A DNA stretch of 40,715 nt, taken from Verrucomicrobiota bacterium. Lineage in GTDB: Bacteria > Verrucomicrobiota > Verrucomicrobiia > Limisphaerales > UBA1100. The notes beneath the pieces were generated by a model. The model saw only the letters and a program-made list of their open reading frames with translations, did no database searches and had not been told where the DNA came from. The position numbers and the translations under genes were made by a program. Below, piece after piece: positions 36,313 through 40,715 of the stretch. The DNA lies in the NCBI GenBank assembly GCA_028872645.1, contig JAPKDK010000002.1:1-40715 (forward strand), in the 5' to 3' direction. How positions within the stretch are numbered: the first letter of the stretch is position 1; every line of letters starts with the position of its first letter.

Positions 36313-39195
36313 TCAGTTTGATTGAAAAAAACTATCGCTCAGGATCACTTCGCGGATAAGGGATTTTAGTTTGAAATTCTCCTTCTCTGTCCGGTTGACG
36401 ATGGCGTCGATGGTCAGGGTATCCGCAGGGCTAAGTTCCTTAGCCAGGGCGAAGCGTAGCAGATGGGCAGAAAATGCCTTTGCAAAACGTCTGTTCTCCT
36501 TGGCCAGTGATTCTTTGAATCGGACAATATCATTGAATTCATATTTTCGTAACAACTTGCCGCTGGCGTCAACGTCACGACCATTCTCATATTTGTCACG
36601 CCACCGTCCGGTGATATCAAAGTTTTCAAGGGCGAACCCCAGTGGGTCCAGCTTGGAATGGCAGCCGGCACAATCCGGGTTTTTCCTGTGCTCGGCAAAC
36701 TTCTCGCGGATCGTCTGATTTTTCGGCCCACTATCCTCGTTTAGGGGAGGGATATCGTTTGGTGGTGGAGGAGGTGGATCATTAAGGATCACCTCGATAA
36801 TCCATGCGCCTCGAGCGATGGGATGGGTGCGCTTGGGTCCCGCGGTCATGCTGAGCATGGCTGCGCTGGTGATGATACCTCCATAACGCTCATCGGTTGC
36901 CGGCATACGCTTGAATGCTCGCGACCGCATCTTGACCCGCAACTGGTCGTCAAACCGACGCTGCGCATCCGCTCGATGTTGTTTCACATCCCTCGATTTG
37001 GGAGCCTTCTTGAGCTGGTCTTCCAGTTGCTGCACTTGCTTGACGACCGCCACCCTACCCTGCGAGATCTCCCTGCGCACTTTCGCTAACTCCGGCGCGA
37101 TGGACAGGTAATATTTCACCAACACCTGCTTTTGATCCTCTGTCCGCTCGGAGGCTGTTACTTGCAGCACCGCCACCACCGGCCCAGGCAAGGGAACCGA
37201 CTGCGTCTTGAAATAGAACCCATAGCCACTACCCCCGTTGGAAATTTTCATTAACAGCGTGTTTTCCCCCTCGAGCAGTTCCACACGCACCTTGTCCTGA
37301 TCCGGAGCCACGCCCCGCGTGATTTTCTTCTCCGCGACCAGTTGACCGTTGAGCCAGAGCTTAAAACTGTCATCGCTGCCCAGCGAGAGTTCCAACGAGC
37401 GGGCCGACCTGGCCTGGATGGTCCGATAAATATACGTCGCGCAGTTGGCATGCTTTAGCGCGTGCACCTTACCGTCGACGTACTCTTTGACCTCGACCCA
37501 TTTCTGGTCCCCATAGGTCTTTGCGAGATCGACCGCGGTTTCATCGATAAACGCCTTGGCGTGAGCGTTGTCCAACGTACCGCCGGCAAACGGTCCGATG
37601 CGTTTCCAGGTAGAAAGAGTCACGGCCTCGTCTACAAGCTTCGCCTGGGTCTCTTCCCAGGCAACCTGTCCAGCGGCCAGATCCACGGCTACCCGTTTCT
37701 CTTTAATGGGATCCACCATGGCCCGGTCCAGACCGGCCAGTTCCTCCCGCACCCTGGTCAACGAAGCCTGCAGGTCCCTGATCACCTCGTTGCGTTGCTT
37801 GTTTTCTTTCGCGATCCGCACTTCGTCGACCGGCTCTGGCTCAAGCCGGGTCTTGTACCAATCCTCCAGGAAGCTGCTCTGGTAGCCGAACGCCGGCGCG
37901 ATGAGTTCAACGATTGGGCGATCTTCAATAAATACGGCGTCAAATAGCAGCAGCGGCTCCATCAACATCTGCAAACTGGCCGGGTTGTTCTTATCCAGAC
38001 TGAAGAATCTGTGTTTCTTAGGGTCCGGTGTCGCCGCCAGAACGTTTTCGAGTTGCATCCATTGTGAGGGGAAGGTATCCAAAAACCGCTCGATCTTGGC
38101 ATCGGCCATCATCCGATTGATGGTCTTGTTCAAGACCTCAGGATTGGACAGCTCACCACTTTTCGCCAAACCCAAGAGCTCCAAGTCCGGACTACTAGCC
38201 CAAAAGAAAAAGGAGAGGTTTGAGGCCAGTGTAAATAAATCCGCTTTTTCATTTGCCGATCCATATCGATAAAGAAACATGGGTGAGGATAAGGCAGCCG
38301 ACGCAACTTTTTTCATGCTGCCGGTAAACGGGAGTCCCTGTTTAATTTTGGACAGGGTGTAGGTTGTGTAACGCTCCAGCACCTCACGATCAACCGGCCG
38401 TCGAAAAGCGCGCAACAGAAACGGCCCAAGTCGCTTCCGGACTTCCGCCTCCATGTTGGCGTCAGCAGCTGGCTCCTTGAAGAACTCGTTCCAAATCCCA
38501 ACGTTACCTTCGTTAAAGTCCGGGCTTTCGAGGATGGAAACACTCAGTCGCAGAAAGGCATCCAGCAATAACGGCGACAAGGTCAGTTGATTGGCCTGAT
38601 TATCGAACCCGTGGGATGCACGCAAATCTTTTGGAAATGCACGTACGCCCTGCAGTCCTGCTTTCGGCTTCAAGGCAAAGGATGACACGTTGACTCGATC
38701 GGGCATTTTCTTGGAATGCAGATAATTTTCCTGTCGCGTCATTAGTTTTTCCGGCAACCCAAACACGTCACGATTTAACCCGAATAAATCCCGAATTGCG
38801 TTGTTGTACTGAAATCGATTTAAGCGCCGGATGCGCGAGTGTTTCACCTTGGATCCGGTTGTCGCTGCTCGCAACTGCGTCTTTAATGCAGCGAGTAGTT
38901 TTACCCGCTCCACCTCGCTCAGCTGCGGCTCATCCTCAGGGGGCATGTCAACCGCATCGATGACCTCGATTAGTTCCTTGATTAACTCAGGCTTCGCCAA
39001 AAACTGTTTCGCCGTTGCGATCTCCTTGAGATTGATCTTCCCCTTTACCTTTTTTTCGCCGTGGCACTTGATGCAATTCCGGGCAAAGAGAGGTTTGAGG
39101 AACTGATTGAATTCATCGGCGGCGCGACATTCAGGCACCAGTCCAACCAGCAGAAATATTAAGCAACTTCCGCGCATTAACCGTTTGGAAAGCAT
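36313..39195 (-). CDS. DUF1592/DUF1595/DUF1588/DUF1585-family protein with an N-terminal cytochrome c motif
   Basis: Track ORF 36313..39318, with the start moved to ATG 39195 (MLSKRLMRGSCLIFLLVGLV, a signal peptide). CIKCHGEKKVKGKINL near the N-terminus. C-terminal CAGCHSKLDPLGFALENFDITGRWR. 960 aa. Confidence 0.87.
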   Translation of the reverse strand: MLSKRLMRGSCLIFLLVGLVPECRAADEFNQFLKPLFARNCIKCHGEKKVKGKINLKEIATAKQFLAKPELIKELIEVIDAVDMPPEDEPQLSEVERVKLLAALKTQLRAATTGSKVKHSRIRRLNRFQYNNAIRDLFGLNRDVFGLPEKLMTRQENYLHSKKMPDRVNVSSFALKPKAGLQGVRAFPKDLRASHGFDNQANQLTLSPLLLDAFLRLSVSILESPDFNEGNVGIWNEFFKEPAADANMEAEVRKRLGPFLLRAFRRPVDREVLERYTTYTLSKIKQGLPFTGSMKKVASAALSSPMFLYRYGSANEKADLFTLASNLSFFFWASSPDLELLGLAKSGELSNPEVLNKTINRMMADAKIERFLDTFPSQWMQLENVLAATPDPKKHRFFSLDKNNPASLQMLMEPLLLFDAVFIEDRPIVELIAPAFGYQSSFLEDWYKTRLEPEPVDEVRIAKENKQRNEVIRDLQASLTRVREELAGLDRAMVDPIKEKRVAVDLAAGQVAWEETQAKLVDEAVTLSTWKRIGPFAGGTLDNAHAKAFIDETAVDLAKTYGDQKWVEVKEYVDGKVHALKHANCATYIYRTIQARSARSLELSLGSDDSFKLWLNGQLVAEKKITRGVAPDQDKVRVELLEGENTLLMKISNGGSGYGFYFKTQSVPLPGPVVAVLQVTASERTEDQKQVLVKYYLSIAPELAKVRREISQGRVAVVKQVQQLEDQLKKAPKSRDVKQHRADAQRRFDDQLRVKMRSRAFKRMPATDERYGGIITSAAMLSMTAGPKRTHPIARGAWIIEVILNDPPPPPPNDIPPLNEDSGPKNQTIREKFAEHRKNPDCAGCHSKLDPLGFALENFDITGRWRDKYENGRDVDASGKLLRKYEFNDIVRFKESLAKENRRFAKAFSAHLLRFALAKELSPADTLTIDAIVNRTEKENFKLKSLIREVILSDSFFQSN

Positions 39196-39203
39196 GGGCA
39201 ACC

Positions 39204-40568
39204 TTAGGTCCACAAATCGGAGACGACACCCGTGCTGTCCGCGTAGGAATCCATCTTCACTCCCATCAGCTTCGCCAGCGTGAGCCACATGTTGGAATTC
39301 AACGTGCCACTCTTGCATTGGATAAAACGACCTTGCTTCACCTGACCCTGACCACCACCGGCTAAGATCAGCGGCAGATCATAATACTGATGGGTGGAAC
39401 CATCTCCAAGGGCAGCACCGTAAGTGACCAATGAGTTATCCAGCATCGTACTCCCATCGGACTCCTTAATCGCCTTCATGCGCTTCAGGATGTAGGCGTA
39501 TTGCTGCATGTGAAAGATGTCGATCTTCTGCACATTCAGATAACCCTCACCCTTCTGGTTGTGGGTGAAGGTGTGATGATTCACTGGGTTGTCAAAAACG
39601 CCCTCGTATCGTAACGAAGCTTCCCACCGCTCAGGGCCCACCATAAATGTGCAGATATTCGTGATCCCCATCTGAAAGGCCAACAGCATTAAATCGGCCT
39701 GCAATCTGATATACTCGCCTCTTGGCAAGATCTCGTTTTTCGGTTCTTTAATGTTGGCGTTTGAAATCAACTTTTGCAGTTTTGCAATTCTAATTTCAAT
39801 GTCTCGAATCATCCCCATGAACTCATCCATTGTCTCGCGATCTTCCCGCGGCAGATTTTTTGAAAGTGCCTTAGCATCCGCCAGCACTAGATCCGTAACA
39901 TCGGCAAGATGCGTCCGATAACTGTCAGCCAGAAATAATCGATCATAGAGCTTTTTCGGGTCTTTGATCGAAGGCGCAATCTTATCGGGTCCATACCATG
40001 AGATATTATTAAAATAAATCGACTCTTTGCCCGCCGTGAAACCGTTGCAGCTAATCTCCAGCGTTTTAAACACCGTGGACAACCCCACCTTGTCGCCAAT
40101 CACCTGATCCAAACTTCTTCCATTAGGATGTTTAATGCCCTGTTCAGTCGCCTGCGCCGGTGAAAGACTTGTGAGATAGCACGACGCCCCCTGTGCGTGT
40201 ACATCCTGCCCGCCCTTAAATGTGCGATCCAAGCCAGTGACCAACGAAATATCCTTCGTATGATCGGCCAAGGGCTGCATGGTCGAGGTCAGTTCCAGCG
40301 GATATATGCCCGGCTTATTCTGTTTACGTTCCTGGTTTTTGGTTTTGTCGGCATTAAACCCGCCAACAAATTTTGGCGACATCCCTTCCTCCTCACCTGG
40401 GAAAAAACAACGGCGTACGAGCCCATTGGGAACATACATGATGACCAGCTTCTTACTCGGCTTATCCTTCTTTTTGGGCGCGCCTAATACATCAGCAAAC
40501 GAATGCAAAAAAGGTAATGTCAGCACCGCCCCTTTGGTTTTCAGAAACTTTCTTCTCGAGATACTCAT
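39204..40568 (-). CDS. DUF1552 protein with a twin-arginine signal
   Basis: 454 aa. MSISRRKFLKTKGAVLTLPFL. Its stop is 8 nt upstream of the DUF1592-family gene, the usual partner as I recall the family pairing. Confidence 0.85.
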   Translation of the reverse strand: MSISRRKFLKTKGAVLTLPFLHSFADVLGAPKKKDKPSKKLVIMYVPNGLVRRCFFPGEEEGMSPKFVGGFNADKTKNQERKQNKPGIYPLELTSTMQPLADHTKDISLVTGLDRTFKGGQDVHAQGASCYLTSLSPAQATEQGIKHPNGRSLDQVIGDKVGLSTVFKTLEISCNGFTAGKESIYFNNISWYGPDKIAPSIKDPKKLYDRLFLADSYRTHLADVTDLVLADAKALSKNLPREDRETMDEFMGMIRDIEIRIAKLQKLISNANIKEPKNEILPRGEYIRLQADLMLLAFQMGITNICTFMVGPERWEASLRYEGVFDNPVNHHTFTHNQKGEGYLNVQKIDIFHMQQYAYILKRMKAIKESDGSTMLDNSLVTYGAALGDGSTHQYYDLPLILAGGGQGQVKQGRFIQCKSGTLNSNMWLTLAKLMGVKMDSYADSTGVVSDLWT

Positions 40569-40602
40569 TTGGTTTTATCCTGCAAAAATTTCAAACTGAG
40601 AA

Positions 40603-40608
40603 ATTATA
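40603..40608 (-). promoter_or_regulatory. Perfect TATAAT box upstream of the DUF1552 gene
   Basis: On the minus strand, TATAAT lies 34 nt upstream of ATG 40568. No convincing -35 was found, so this is a hexamer match only. Confidence 0.25.
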
Positions 40609-40715
40609 AGACCGGCAAATTTCACGGGGTGATCCTAGCAAAAACGAGTGCAGATGCCCATTCCTCAGTTCGACGTAGGCAAGGTTGATTTCTTCAAGCG
40701 ATTTGGCTACGCAAT

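Noticed and set aside
40653-40715. Plus-strand ATG at 40653 opening a frame (MPIPQFDVGKVDFFKRFGYA...) that runs off the window edge.
   Set aside because: Only 21 codons are visible and no motif is recognisable. It may be the start of the next divergent gene, but this cannot be supported from the fragment.
1-40715. Scan for CRISPR arrays, tRNA/rRNA genes, transposases, integrases, reverse transcriptases, and known defence-system hallmarks.
   Set aside because: No regularly spaced repeats, no cloverleaf-like intergenic sequence (the spacers are too short, apart from 8090-8733 and 11822-12058, which look like gene relics), and no recombinase, RT or nuclease-NTPase motifs in any sizeable ORF.

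Overview
A 40.7-kb, almost fully coding chromosomal window. The gene content points to the PVC superphylum (Verrucomicrobiota or Planctomycetota): several planctomycete-cytochrome (PSCyt/PSD) giants, DUF1501, DUF1552, DUF1080, and a membrane-bound-dehydrogenase/cytochrome c fusion. All family calls come from motif recognition by eye; no database search was run. I support 29 CDS. Housekeeping blocks: glpF-glpK; a 2-Cys peroxiredoxin with a clean terminator; a minus-strand sulfate-assimilation operon (sulfite reductase-cysH-cysD-cysN) joined by 4-nt overlaps; queH; a ROK kinase; mqo. PVC-specific modules: (i) His-rich lipoprotein / DUF1549-DUF1553 / DUF1501 / WD40, minus strand, 19393-14905; (ii) two PSCyt1-PSCyt2-PSD1 giants, one followed by a MacB-type ABC pair and PhzF; (iii) dehydrogenase-cytochrome c fusion plus an RbsBAC-like importer, minus strand, 36113-29717; (iv) a DUF1552 / DUF1592-family pair. 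Decay products: a vapBC-like module whose PIN toxin has two in-frame TAA stops, a 38-codon aldehyde-dehydrogenase N-terminal stub in a 640-nt gap, and a possible DUF1080 C-terminal relic. I found no rRNA, tRNA, CRISPR array, transposase or integrase. No single feature is demonstrably a new system. The best candidates are the uncharacterised, translationally coupled PVC modules, mainly the lipoprotein-DUF1549/1553-DUF1501-WD40 operon and the PSCyt-ABC-PhzF cluster. Their functions are unknown, and what I say about them is inference.
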